DNA from: Octopus bimaculoides
Lineage: Eukaryota
NCBI RefSeq assembly: GCF_001194135.2
Contig: NC_068999.1
Coordinates: 54,372,715 to 54,436,714, forward strand
Length of the DNA stretch: 64,000 nucleotides
Reading direction: 5' to 3'
The first letter of the stretch is position 1; each line of letters opens with the position of its first letter. This document shows, piece by piece, positions 26,586 through 39,750 of this stretch. The translations under genes were made by a program, and so were the position numbers. The notes under the pieces were generated by a model. It was not told the DNA's origin. It worked only from the letters and a program-made list of their open reading frames with translations, and ran no database searches.

Positions 26586-29070
26586 TTATATCTTATTTCT
26601 TTATTGCCCACAAAGGGCTAAACATAGAGGAGACAAACAAGGACAGACAAAGGGATTAAGTCGATTACTTCGACCCCAGTGTGTAACTGGTACTTAATTT
26701 ATCGACCCCGAAAAGATGAAAGGCAAAGTCGACCTCGGCGGAATTTGAACTCAGAACGTAACGGCAGACAAAATACCGCCAAGCATTTCGCCTGGCGTGC
26801 TAACGATTCTGCCAGCTCGCCGCCTTCTCTGCTTTCCATGTCAGCAGAGTTGAGAGGGTCATCACAGTCCAAATAAGTTCTTGTTAGAAGTTTTACCACC
26901 TTAAATTTAAAGTCTTTACTGTACCAACCAGGAGGTGATGGGCATAGAGTATGTTACCTATCAGACCTCCCACATCACATTTGACCTAATATATGAAATA
27001 CAGTGGGAACTTTATGCTGTCCCTCAACCAATTAGAAATAGCTATAGTTTGATAAGAAGGACTACGTCTCACTAGATTCTTCAGAGGACTACATTTAACT
27101 TGTATGATCTATTTTTGACATGGTGTCTCTAGCTGTGTGCTCTTCATAATGCCAATCACTTTGCAGGGGTTACTTGATGTATATTATCGTGACACCAGCA
27201 CTAGAGAGGTTATCATGTCTTCAACAAGACAAGAGTTGTCTTGAACTTACCTGCTATCCATTTGTTTGCCAAACACATTAGGCTCAGCTGGAATTGCCTT
27301 TATCATCATCGTTTAATGTCTGTTTTGCATACTGCCACAGCTTGAACAGTTTGGCAGGAGCTAGCCAGCTTGAGAGCTGTCCAGGCTGCAATTGTCTGTT
27401 CTGGCATGGTTTGTATGGCTGGATGCCCTTCATGATGCCTACCACTTTACAGAGTGTGCTGGGTGCTTTTTTACATGCCACCAACATGGGTGCATTTACA
27501 TAGCACCAGTGCAAGTGCATCTCATGTGACACTGACACAAATGCAGTTTACGTGGCACCGGCACCTGCAAGACAGAGACCTCTCAGCTGGAGGAGGGAGT
27601 GGGGACATGGTCATAAAGGACATGCCTGTGTGTATGGATGGCCACGATTTTACTTAGCTTAACATGTCTTTTCAAGTACAGCAAATTGCCGCACAAGTCC
27701 TGGTCCCTTGTCATCTCCCCAGTGAGGCCCAGTGTCTGAAGATCCTTTCTCACCACTTCATCCCATGTCTACCTAGGTTTATCCCTTCCACAGGTTTATT
27801 AATTAGTTAATGAAGAATCAAGATATGTGATTGAGAAGTTTGCTTTCCAATTACACGGTTTCAAGTTCAGTTCCACTGCATGGTACCTTGGGCAAGTATC
27901 TTCTACTTGTGAGAGGGTTTGTTAGATGGACACTGAAAGATGTGTGTCCGTGTGTCCTTAACAAGTTCCATTGTCACACAATCAGTGTCATTCATTTCCA
28001 ATATTTTGCAAAAGCATGCATGACCAGCTGTAAATATTACTTTGCTTGGAAACAGGTGAGGGTTGGTGACAGGAAGGGCATCTGGCCATAAGAAAATCTG
28101 CCTTAATAAACTTCCTTCAACTTAGGCAAGCATGGAAAAGTGGATGTTAAGATGTTGTTGAATAGCCCTAGATGGTCCAAGACCAAGAAAACTTAGGATC
28201 AAATGTGTTCTAGCCATGATAATCCTGTCTCTTTTTTTAGAGGTATATCTAGGAATAAATTTTCCAATTTGGCCTTTTTTTATTTAATATGTTGCTGACA
28301 ACAGTGAGCTGGCAGAAACGTGAGCATGTCGGGCGAAATGCTGAGCGGTATTTCATCCGTCTTTACGTTCTGAGTTCAAATTCTGTCAAGGTCGACTTTG
28401 CCTTTCATCCTTTCGGGGGCGATAAATTAAGTACCAGTTGCGTACTGGGGTCGATCTTATCGACTGGCCCTCCCCCTCAAATTTCAGGCCTTGTGCCTAG
28501 AGTAGAAAACAATATGTTAATGTGAGGAAATTTGGCTGCTATTTCTAGCAAATTGAGAAATCCTTCACTAGTTTGTTGATGTTGATTAGGTGAACATCAA
28601 TCCTTATCAAATCCTATGAACCATTGTCGGCTCCCATAATATCTAAGAATGTATTCCACCATGTGTTTTTTGTTTTTAAAATGGTAGAATATGATTTGAG
28701 ATGGATTTTGGTTGTTATTTCTAGCAGGTCCACTGACCATATAGCATCTCCTATAATTATTAAACAACAGCTTCATAATATCCAGATCAGCTCTGATCAA
28801 GTAGACTTATAAATCCAAGCGTTCCAACCATGATCATTCATCGTTTATTTTCAGACAATGTATCCAAGACTATATTATCCAATGTGCCCTTCATTTTTTT
28901 AACATAGTAGGGTGTGGCTTGAAGGAAATTTGACTGCTACTTTAAGCATGCCAAGCATCTATGTCAAGGTTCTCTTATTAATAATTATATGTTGATGGCT
29001 GGGGTGGAAATGGTGTATAGAAGTTTTGGATGGATATACTTAGCAGCCTCCTATTACAAACAATTTTAAA

Positions 29071-29101
<31 letters not shown>

Positions 29102-29439
29102 GAAAATCAATGCTAACTCCCACAATGGTACGCTGATCACCTTCTGCCATTATAGCCCCACCCTTATTGACCTAACCAGTCTACACTACAACTGACCTAA
29201 ATCAGTTGTTAAGTTCTTTTTATCATCATTTTAACAAATGTCTGCTCCTGTATAACCAAATGGATGCCAATAATGTGAACTCAAGTGTGACTTTTAACAC
29301 ATGAAATATGCTGAATTAATCTTAAAAAGTCACTCAACATATATCCAATACCTCGTATTTCTGTATGTATGTGGGTGTACTTTTGTAAAACAATTTTTAT
29401 CAGATTCAGTTATTAAAAGTATGCTTGTTAATATGTGTG

Positions 29440-29539
29440 TGTGTATATATATGTATGTGTATGTATATATGTGTGTGTATATGTGTATGTACATATGTGT
29501 GTGTATATACATGTATATATATGTATGTATGTATATATA

Positions 29540-29579
<40 letters not shown>

Positions 29580-29585
29580 GTATAT
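29440..29585. repeat. (TA)n/(TG)n microsatellite
   Basis: Direct reading. Confidence 0.95.
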
Positions 29586-29588
29586 CTG

Positions 29589-30445
29589 CAGGGTGCGTTG
29601 GCTGTCGCCATTTTATATTTTTACTTTTGCACATGCACGTTGATTGTTTCTGATTTTGTTGACTACACAGTATAGTAGGGTTAGTTGGGCACCATCTGTG
29701 AGAAAAACAACACCATGACGCAAATCACTCTGCCAGAAATTTGGAAACAGCATGCTGTACTGCTTAGAATTTGCACCAGAAGCTCCAATACGAACATTTC
29801 AAAGCGTTTGGGTGTCCCCAAAACACGTTCTGAGAATGATAAAAATCAAACATCCAGTCAACATCATGGTGTTTGGAGTGATCACTAGTGATGGCGACAT
29901 TATGCCTCCATTTATCTTCCCACACGACCTCAGACGCAACACAAAGGCCTACATCAAGTGCCTGGAGGAGGTAGTGCTGCCCTGGGTCAAGAGGGTGGCT
30001 GCTGGAAGACCCTATGTCTGGCAACAGCACTCTGCACCATGNNNNNNNNNNCTGGGTCAAGAGGGTGGCTGCTGGAAGACCCTATGTCTGGCAACAGCAC
30101 TCTGCACCATGCCACACAAGCAGGAGAACCCAGTCATGGCTCTCAGGCAATTTCTGCAACCATGTCACCCCTAACATCTGGCCACCGAACTCCCCAGACT
30201 GCAACCTCTTTGATTATTATGCATGGGGTGCAGTTGAGTGAGAGACCAACAGAACTCCTTGTAACACCAAAGATGAACTGAAGTCAAGGATAATGGCAGC
30301 ATTCACCAACTTAAATAAGGAGACTCTTCTAGAAGAGTTGCAAAAGATACTGAAGTCATTTGAAGGCTGTGGTTGAAGCTAATAGTGAATTTATTGAATA
30401 AATTTACTCTTTACTATTTCAAGATATTTTTATGTAATTTTGCTA
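29589..30445 (+). mobile_element. Internally deleted Tc1/mariner DD37D (maT-type) transposon
   Basis: Starts cagggtgcg; N-terminus MTQITLPEIW joined to VMVFGVITSDG..WQQ(H)SAP..WPPNSPDCNLFDYYAWG. There are 37 residues between the second and third catalytic positions, and the second D is mutated to H. Confidence 0.88.
30042..30051. other. Assembly gap (10 N) with a 60-bp duplication across it
   Basis: 29982-30041 is repeated at 30052-30111. Confidence 0.95.
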
Positions 30446-30518
30446 GCCTCTGTGGCCCAGTCGATAAGGCACTGGCCTCCTAAGCTGGGGATTGCAGGTT
30501 CAAGTCCCGTCAGAGGTA
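30446..30518 (+). tRNA. tRNA-Arg(CCT)-like gene or pseudogene
   Basis: 73 nt; acceptor GCCTCTG/CAGAGGT+A, D stem GCC/GGC, anticodon loop CTCCTAA, T loop TTCAAGT, B box GGTTCAAGTCC, T6 at 30533-30538. Defects: D-loop GG is CG and the T stem has one A-C mismatch. Confidence 0.7.
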
Positions 30519-31634
30519 GTAAAGATTTCTAATTTTTTAAGGTGGTGCTCCAGCATGGCCAGAGTCAAATGACAAACATATAAAAGAATATAGGCACCGG
30601 CATGGCCATGTGGTAAGAAGCTTGCTTGATGGTGTGTTTACATCCCTGTAACTTAGCAGTTGAGCAAAAGAGACCGATAGAATAAGTACTAAGCTTACAA
30701 AGAATAAGTCCAGGGATCGATTTATTCGACTAAAGGTAGTGCTCCAGCATGGATGTAGTCAGATGACTAAAACAAATAAAAGAACATCTGTTAAAATGAG
30801 ATATCAGTGTAATTTATTTTTTTATTTTTTATGTGTGTATATGTCATGGAGATATAGATGCATTGCAAGTTTTTTTTTTTTTCTGAGATTATGTGCTGAA
30901 AGTAAAACAATTGCAGCATAGGAGACATGAGTCAGCCATTCAGAAACTCACGAAGACCATTAACTTCACTTAAGCATTTGTTTGTAAATGGTGTCAAAAT
31001 TTCCCTTGCTCAAAACTGTGACCTGAATACTGACAAATGTGTACTGTAGCACATTTTGAATGGCAACAATTTTGACAACTATTTTACAAACAATGAATAT
31101 TTAAGTGAAGCTAATGGACTTTGTCTGTTTTTGAATGACTAACTTGTGTTTTCCATGCTGCAATTATATACCATGTGATCACATGACTGACCGGATTATC
31201 AGATGTTGTTACACATTGCTGGTCACAATGTGATTTGCAATGTTTTAGCCTTTGGATGACACTGCCCTGCTGGCAACGTGAGCAGGCCAACATTTTCTCT
31301 GATTGAAAAGGGGGACTGGGGCAACATGAACTGAAATGTTTTGCTCAAGAACACAACTCGCTGCAGTTAAGTGCCACACATCAAAATTGAATTTTTAGTA
31401 GATAGAGACTTTGCTGTAGTTTTATAATTTTCTTTTTCCTAATACTTTTATCATTTACTGTGAGTGTATCTCAGTTTCAGAATGTGTACACCATATCCCT
31501 GTGTGTATAAGAAGTGGTCAAAAGAGTTGCTGACAGGGATAGCATCTGACTGTAAAGCTATTCCTCAGAAAAAGCATCCAACAAATGGGAAAATGGATGT
31601 AAAAAAAAACAAATAAACGCTGATGTATGATATA

Positions 31635-31850
31635 CAAGTTGGGTGCTGAAAAGTTCCTGGCTTTAAAGATATCACAAAAGACCTGGTCAGAAGCCCAATC
31701 TTCTGAGTTCTTTTACAGGGCTTAGTATAACTGAAGAACTGTTGCAATAGGTGTGTGAATTTGAGAGGGGAATATGTTGAGTAAAATCATAATTAACTGA
31801 TCCTTCTGTATTTTCTTTCTCCAAAAGCCAGGAGCTTTTCAGCACCCCTT
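31635..31850. mobile_element. Mariner-type MITE (TIR gggtgctgaaaagttcctggcttt); second copy about 33316-33537
   Basis: Inverted termini at 31641-31664 and 31824-31847; internal sequence shared with the second copy. Confidence 0.85.
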
Positions 31851-31964
31851 CACGCTTTTATATTTATGATGAGGAATTTGCTTAAAGTAATTAATATTGA
31901 TCCCTCTTCAGATTTCAATTTAGTAATAGAAAACCTTTCTTCTTTTGTTTTTCCTCATCTCCAG

Positions 31965-32089
31965 CTCCATGAAATTGTCCCTGCTGTAACGACCTGTATT
32001 GTCAGTAAACAGTTGTGTATGAAGCCCGATTTAGACAACCACTGGGCTTTGCGAGACTTTGCTGCAAGACTTATGAACAACATCTGCCG
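31965..32089 (+). CDS. TAF6: TAF6 coding exon 7 ([30 protein letters not shown])
   Basis: ctccag/gtaatc, 125 nt, phase 0-2. Confidence 0.97.
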
Positions 32090-35070
32090 GTAATCTTTTA
32101 TCTCTTCTCTTTTACTTGTTTCAGTCATTGGACTGCAGCCATGCTGGGGGCATTGCCTTGGAGGATTTAATCCAACAAATTTACCTCACTACTTGCTTTT
32201 ATTGTTTCTCTTATTACTTGTTTCAGTCATTCAACTACGGCCATGCTGGGGCACAGCCTTGATGTATTTTAGTTGAATGAATCGACCCCAGTACTTTATA
32301 TTTTTAAGCCATTTACTTATTCTGTCAGTCCCTTTTGCAAAACCACTAAGTTACACATGATGTAAACTAACCAACACCAGTTGTCAAGCAGTGTTAGGAC
32401 ACACACACACACATATATATATATATGCCAGGCTTCTTTTGAGTTTCCATCTACCAAATCCACTCTCAAGACTTTGGTTGGCCTGAAACTATAGCAGAAG
32501 ACACTTGCCCAGGGTGTCATACAGTGGGACTAAACCTGCAAGCATCTTACCACACAGTCACTCCTGTAGATAAATTTTGACAAGAAAATCCTATACGGGC
32601 CCCCAAGGGCCATATGGACCCCAGTTGAGAACCACTGGTCTAAGCCCTTTTTACCTCAAAAATATGATTGAGAAAAGAAAAATATCATTGTACTCCTGTA
32701 TGATTTATTCTCCTGTTCATCATCATTATCGTCATTTAACATCTCTTTTCGATGCTGGTAGTCATCTGTTTTGACACGGTTTCTATTCCCTCTTCTCTAA
32801 AAATCTTCAATCCTTGTGCCTATAGTAGAAAGGATTATTAGTCTAAAGAAAATGGAGCCAGTGTCTGTAGCTTTTGTAGAGACCAAATCTTTGATGCTTA
32901 AGCTGATGTCTTAGCACTTAAAGGCCCTTCCTAACGCCAGCCTCTTTACAGAATGTAAAGAGTAGAGTATTTCACACTAACTCCACTTTGATACTGCACG
33001 AAGAGAATCGCAGCAACTAGTTACTTGACAACTTTTGAGTTCATTCTCTATTCTTTTATCTTCTCTGTATGATCTGTTCTTTCATTTTCCTTTCGTTAGA
33101 CTGTGGCCATTGCTGGTGAATGTCCTTCTTGCATATACTCAATTACTTCTACTTTAGTATTTGTTTTATATTGACCCTTATTTATTTTATCAACCTCCAA
33201 AAGACAGACTGGATCTGGATTGAATGTGAACTGAGTTCACATCCTATCAAAAAGGGATGTCAACAAATATCACAAGATATTTTGCCTGGTGTTCTACCTA
33301 TTCATCCTATATATATGATGGGGTGCTGAAAAGTTTCTGGCTTTAAGGGTATCACAAAAGGTCCAGTTGGAGGCCCAACCTTCCAAGTTCTTTTACAAGG
33401 CTTAGCAAAATAGGAAAATTGGTGTGATAAGGGTGTGAATCTGAGGGGAGGGGAATATGTTGAATAAAATCATAATTAACTGATCCTCCAGTATTTTCTT
33501 TTACCCAAAGCCAGGAACTTTGCAGTAACCCTTTGTACCTATACATACATATATATATATGCATACATTCATAAATATATATATATATTATGGAGGCAAT
33601 AACTAGTGACTGAGACCTTTGGCAATATGCCATGCCTGAAAAGTCCTGTCAAGTCAAGTGAAGTCACAGTTGTGGCCATTGTCGGTATCACATAACTGAG
33701 ATCTGTGCCAGTGGCATGCAAACAACATCTTTCATGCTTGAGAAGACCCTTCAAGCCAAGTTGTGATCGTTGGTGTCACATTACAGGCACCCGTACCAGT
33801 GGCACATAAAAAGCACCTTTCGAGCATTGACCCTTACGGAGGCAATGACATCAAGCCAAGTGATAATGATATATACTGTACAGGTCATTTGTAGATTTTC
33901 AGCTGATTGGGACAGTAGCATCTTAAGAAAGCTTCCTGCTTGGATTATACATTCTACCCAACATCCATACTATTTGTGTGCGTGTGAGAGAGAGAGAGAG
34001 ATTAGAAGAAAAATGTTTTCAGGTTGAAACATTGTCTCACACTCACACACATCTCCTTGGGTTAAATAATGATCTTTATAATGCCTGAATAGAAAGATGA
34101 TTTAATCCTTTTGATGTTGTCATTTTAGTTTCACCTGATTTGTGAACTGATAGCATTATGATCTGGTATCAGCGTGCAGGACTGTTTTGTGTTGTATGGG
34201 AAAGGATCACCTGCTGCTTCTTTCAAATACTTTCCATGAGAATTGGGTCAATGAAATCAATATTGTGTTCTGTTTTTGACACTGTATTAATTTTTAAATG
34301 TTTTAAGTACTGAAGTATTTTATATTAATTGCATAATTAATACTACTAATTATTCATAGAATTATTGACTCTGCAGAACATTGATCAGTGTTAACCCTAC
34401 TAAACACATATTGCATTATTAACTATCCTATTGACCAATCTTGCCTTTGTCTTCAGCCCTTAACTCTTTGATAGCATCATGGGGGCAACATCATCAGATA
34501 CAGCCTACTTGCTTAAGCTCTTTACTCCCTGTGGAGCATAGGCCATCGACAACTTTTCATCATTGTTCTTGACTCTAGACTGTCCCTGAAGGAAGGCCTT
34601 CCTCTCCCAGATTTTGTTGATTTTGAATTGCTATCAATGCTTGTGTGACTACCCTTTTTTCTAGGTAGGGATGTTGATCCTATGCAAACCCTTTTTTACC
34701 TCTGAGAAGAGGTGGTCCATATTAGTCTCGCCTCTAACCTTTGACCCATCAAGCACGAGAGACCCTACCAGGAACTTGCACTCCAGTGATATAGCTTTCA
34801 GAGTTATTGAGATATACACAAGCTACCACACCACAACACAAGGACTGGACCTTGTAGTGGTTTAGTGGCATCTCTGTTTCAAGCACTCAGGCCGTATCTC
34901 TGATTTGAAGATACCTTCCACCCTGTCTCCTTCCCACTTGTCTCATAGTTTCTTATAAAGGATCATAAGCACTTCCCTTTCTATCTGACTGAGAGATAAA
35001 AAGTAAACAAAAATTGAATTCTCTCTTTTTCTCTACAGACGTTCTGACCATTATCAAACACCAACTTTAA

Positions 35071-35290
35071 CCCTTTAGCATTCAGATTCATCTATCAAAT
35101 GTAATACTTATTGATTTACATTATTTTGGATTAATCACACATTATCTTGTAGCTTTGATATTTCAGTGATGTGATTGTTTATTTTTAGAATGACATTGTA
35201 GGGTAGGTGTGAATGGCTGAATCTGGCAAGTTTAAACATAAAACAGGCAGGATATTTGGGCCAGATATGGCTTGTTTAAATGCTAAAGGG
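35071..35290. mobile_element. piggyBac-like MITE with TTAA target duplication
   Basis: ttaa|ccctttagcatt...aatgctaaaggg|ttaa; same family as 26376-26585. Confidence 0.88.
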
Positions 35291-36729
35291 TTAACAGTTC
35301 AGCTTAAACATCAAGGACTTGGTATCATCATGCTCCCCCTATCCTTCAGTCAAGGATGATGTACAAAAGCTATGGACACTGGCTCCATGTTCTTTAGACT
35401 AATAATCCTTTCTGCCATAGGCACAAGGCCTGAAATTTTTTAGAAAAGAGAGAATAGTTGATTGCATCAGCCTCGGTGCTCAACTGGTGTTTATTTTAAC
35501 TTTTTCCGAGAAAAGTTAAAGAGAGACAGCAGAGTTTTACATCCTCTAAGTTAGAAAAACTTGCTGCAAACATTAAGGAACACTAAACAACAGGAACATC
35601 AGATGTGGACTGGAAATAGTAGGAGAAAAAAACTGGGTGAGAGATGTAGGAAGAAAGAAGAATAGAATGAAGAGAAGTGGGCAAGAGTGAGGTGAGAGGG
35701 GAGTTGAGAGATAAGAAAGAGATTACTGAACTAAGAGAAGTAAGAGTAAAAGAAAAAAATGGTTATTGAATCTTGTTGGTGATATGGTACCAAGTTCCAT
35801 TTCCTTATGTGGGTCCATAGATAATGTAATCCTACTTAGCCCTAAGAAAGACTGGATTGTCATGAATGGAGTACCTATGATCATATGTCTGCTCAGTACT
35901 GTATCTAGCAACCTTCTCCCATGTCATGCCCACTGACAAGTCATAGATGCTATTTCCAGAGGTGTGCCCTCACCAAACACACACACATAGAGAAGTCATT
36001 ATATTACTGATATTTATTTGATTGACTTCAGAGCAAGAAAATGCAAAGTTAATCAACCACAAAGAACATGTTCCACTGTTATATTTATTCTGACAATTAC
36101 AACACTCTCACATTAATAATTCTTTCTGCAAGCCACAAGGCCTGAAACTTTTGCTGGGAGGGGCTATTTGATTACATCAACTCTAGTGCTCAACTGTTGC
36201 TTATTTTATCGATTCCAAAAGGATGAAAGGCTAAATCAACCTTGGTAGCATTTGAACTTAAAGCATAAAGCTGGAAGAAATAATGGTAAGCATTTAGTCT
36301 GGCATGCTAATGATTCTACCAGCTCACCACCTTCAACTTCTCTATTAATAATCCTTTCTACTAATGGCACAAGGCCTGAAATTTGGGGGTAGGGGACTGG
36401 TTGATTACATCAACCCTAGTGTTTCACTGGTACTCAATTTATTGACCTTGAAAGGATGAAAGGCAAAGTCAACCTTGGTGGAATTTGAACTCAGAATGTA
36501 AAGACAGATGAAGTGCCACTAAACGTTTTGCCTGATGTGCTAACAATTCTGCCAGCTCACCATCTTCTTCCCTGTTAATAATAAGAATAATGATAATTTT
36601 TGTTTATTTTAATTATTATTATTTTTTTTACCCTCTTTCTAGGATTAACAGTTTGAAGACTAACAGATTTTTCAGTTATATTTCATTTATTGGATAATGT
36701 TATTTTAATGTTATTTTAACTACCTCTAG

Positions 36730-36862
36730 AACTTTTAATACTTGCCGAAACAACCTTCAGACAAGAGTGACAAAGCTTTTTAGTAAAGCTCTCCAAACAG
36801 AAAAGGTTCCTTTATCTACCCAATATGGTGCACTTGTTGGTCTTGGAGAGCAAGGACAAGAG
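36730..36862 (+). CDS. TAF6: TAF6 coding exon 8 (TFNTCRNNLQTRVTKLF..TQYGALVGLGEQGQE)
   Basis: ctctag/gtaata, 133 nt, phase 2-0. Confidence 0.93.
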
Positions 36863-36993
36863 GTAATATCAGACTTTTCTAAGCTACTCTCTTATTTTCG
36901 TATTTATGTTTTTATGTTCTTGCTAAATTTCCTCCCCATCTTCTTTGCTCAGTTGACATCTAAATAAGGAAAACACTTCCCTCTGCATTACAG

Positions 36994-37119
36994 GTTGTGA
37001 AAGCTTTCATTGTACCCCATTTGAAGGTTCTTGGTGACCGGTTAAAAGCAGTTATTGACAGCCCTGTTGTGAATAGTTTGGACAAGCTTGCTGTTGATCA
37101 CGTGAAAAAGATTTTGTTG
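36994..37119 (+). CDS. TAF6: TAF6 coding exon 9 (VVKAFIVPHL..AVDHVKKILL)
   Basis: ttacag/gtaatt, 126 nt. Confidence 0.94.
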
Positions 37120-38548
37120 GTAATTTTTTTTTTCAGTTCTGTTTTGGTTTTCATAAAGTACAAGAATTTTTTTTTAATGCTAAATTTTTCATTTCTTTTT
37201 GTTTATCCATAAAACATGATAAGGATAAGATGACTGTAAATTTAGTTAAAGTGGTGGAATACCAGACTTAGTTGTGAATTCAAACCATTGGTGCAACAAT
37301 TTACATTATGCTCCAGAGGAAGATAGATAATATCATTGTGTCAGTTGCCCTGAAAGACAATATTTTACAACTGTTTCACAAATGAGTGGTTAACAATAGG
37401 AAGACTACCATCATCATTTAATGTCTTTGTTCTATATGGAAATAAAGTTAGCTGATATTTTTTCAGCTACAACATTTGAAAACTGCCCTTTCTTAATTTC
37501 AGTCAGTCCATTAGTATAGACTCACACCGCATGGCTAAGACAACTGACACCTCTCAATCACATTCATTTTGTGTTTCTAAATGTTTCAGAGAGGACGTAA
37601 GAGTGTGAGAGAGAGAAAAGGTGAGAGAAAGAGAGAGAGTGAAAGAGACGGTGAGTGGTGACGGCATTCGTTTTGCGTCTTTAAATGTTTATCACATCTC
37701 AAGAGAAGTAGATACATCGATACATGCATACAGCAAATATTGGATGTCAGTTTCACTTTTCATTATCACACGACGATAAAAGTAACTCACAAATGGCTGA
37801 GTACTCCACAGACATGCATAACATTAACATATTTCTTAGAGAGATTCAGCCTCATACAGGATATGACAAGGCTGGTCCCTTTGAATTACAGTTACAGCTC
37901 AAGACATATATCATCGTATTTGTGTGTGTGTATAGTTTAGGTTAGTTAAAACATGTTTGCAATAAGTGTCACGTGGTGGAAATAAACGCAATTAGCAAAC
38001 TTTCATTCATAAATCCATTTATTATTTCATTCTTTTGTATTTCAATTTGTACATTAAGGTTCTTTGAATATGTACGATGTATTTTAAGGTTAAATAGTAA
38101 TTCCGTTTACGTTTGCGCAACTGAGATACTTTGGTTGGATTATATAGTCATTGGTGTTACATTGCTTTCTATATTCTGTAACTGTCACAATATACTTTTC
38201 TAGGCCTGAATTTTTTGTGGGGAGGGGGCCACTTGATTAGATCGACCCCAGTACACAACTGATACTTAATTTATCAACCCCGAAAGGACGAGAAGTAAAG
38301 TCAATCTCAGCAGAATGCAAGACAGACGGTTATAATATACAAACATTTCTCATGGCACCAGTACACTGTTTCCCATGAATTTTTCCTGGGTCCAGCTAGT
38401 AAGAATAATTGTTGCTGCCAACGTAGCAGTACTCGTACTTGCTGCTGCCACCGTCATCAACAACGATGATGCAAAGTGACAAGAGTCACTGTGGGGCAAA
38501 CATTTAAAGAAAATATATTGGGTTAAGATTTTTTTTTCTTTTTTCCAG

Positions 38549-38716
38549 AAAGTTGTGCCACCTGTCCTGAAGAATACAAAAACAGGGAATGATTCTCTGG
38601 AAGATTACATGAAAGAATACGGATATCTTGGTCAGGCTTTACATACAGCTGTTGTTCAGGAGAGACAAACACCAATAGCAACCAACATGGCATCGACCAT
38701 GACTACAGGCAGTAAT
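38549..38716 (+). CDS. TAF6: TAF6 coding exon 10 (KVVPPVLK..YMKEYGYLGQAL..)
   Basis: ttccag/gtgagt, 168 nt. Confidence 0.92.
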
Positions 38717-39750
38717 GTGAGTACTGAATATTTTGTTTTGCTGGGGAGGAGACTTGAGGAAACGTTGATTATCAACAGAGGGTTTCTTTTAAAAAATTCT
38801 TCTGGAAAGACGTTCCAGTGTTTACATTCTGAATTCAAAACCTGTCATGGTTAACTTTGCTTCCATCCTACTGAGGTGCCAGAAGGATGAAATAACAGTC
38901 AAGCGCTGAAGTTGATTATTTAATCAACTGATAATAAAGCTACTAGGATTCTTTATGTAAGGAACAATGGCTAGGAATCCTGAACAAATCCTTTTAGTAT
39001 TGCTTCTATTTTAAGTGCAAATGATTGTGTAAAGGAAATATGTGCTGTGTCTGTTATTGTGCCCTATAGGATTAGTTTTTTTTGTTCAGAGAGAGCACTG
39101 TGAGGATTCAGAAAAGAGAGCAGACAAATGTTTAATTGAATTAAGATGGTTATTTTAAGCTTATCCAACACCATAGTGAAGAAACAAAGATTATATAGAT
39201 GCAAATTCTATTTTATTTTCTTGAGGACCAAGATACGTGGCGCATTGCTGCACTCAAGAAGACCTACACACCATAACTGAATTTATATCCTAAAACCAAA
39301 ATACTACGTAAAAAACATTGGTGTTAGTACCGTGTAAAAACACTGATGCTGGTGAAATTGCGTAAACAGAAACTGCTCAGAAACCCATCAGATGGGTTTT
39401 ATCTGTAATTTAAAGGTATAGCCTTGACATACACTATGTCATGCTTACCTTACCTAAGGATTATATTAATTGTGCACATGTCTGTGGGATACTCAGGCAT
39501 TTTCATGCTAATTCAATAAGCAGGTAATTCATTGACTGAACAACTGAATCCTCATTATTTGAAATCAGTAATTTTTTTTTTGTGGGAATGAGGGAACTGA
39601 TGGCCTAGATTTGATTCCCATCTGCAATTGATTCACATATATTGTTAATAGTATTCTTAAAGAAAGTAGGACCGTCACAATTTATTTTTTCTGAATGCAA
39701 CATGGTAAATTATCTTGTTACTGTTTTTCATTTTCTTGTTTTTTTCACAG

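Noticed and set aside
29982-30111. 60-bp tandem duplication inside the transposase
   Set aside because: It flanks a 10-N gap exactly, so it is an unmerged contig overlap rather than biology.
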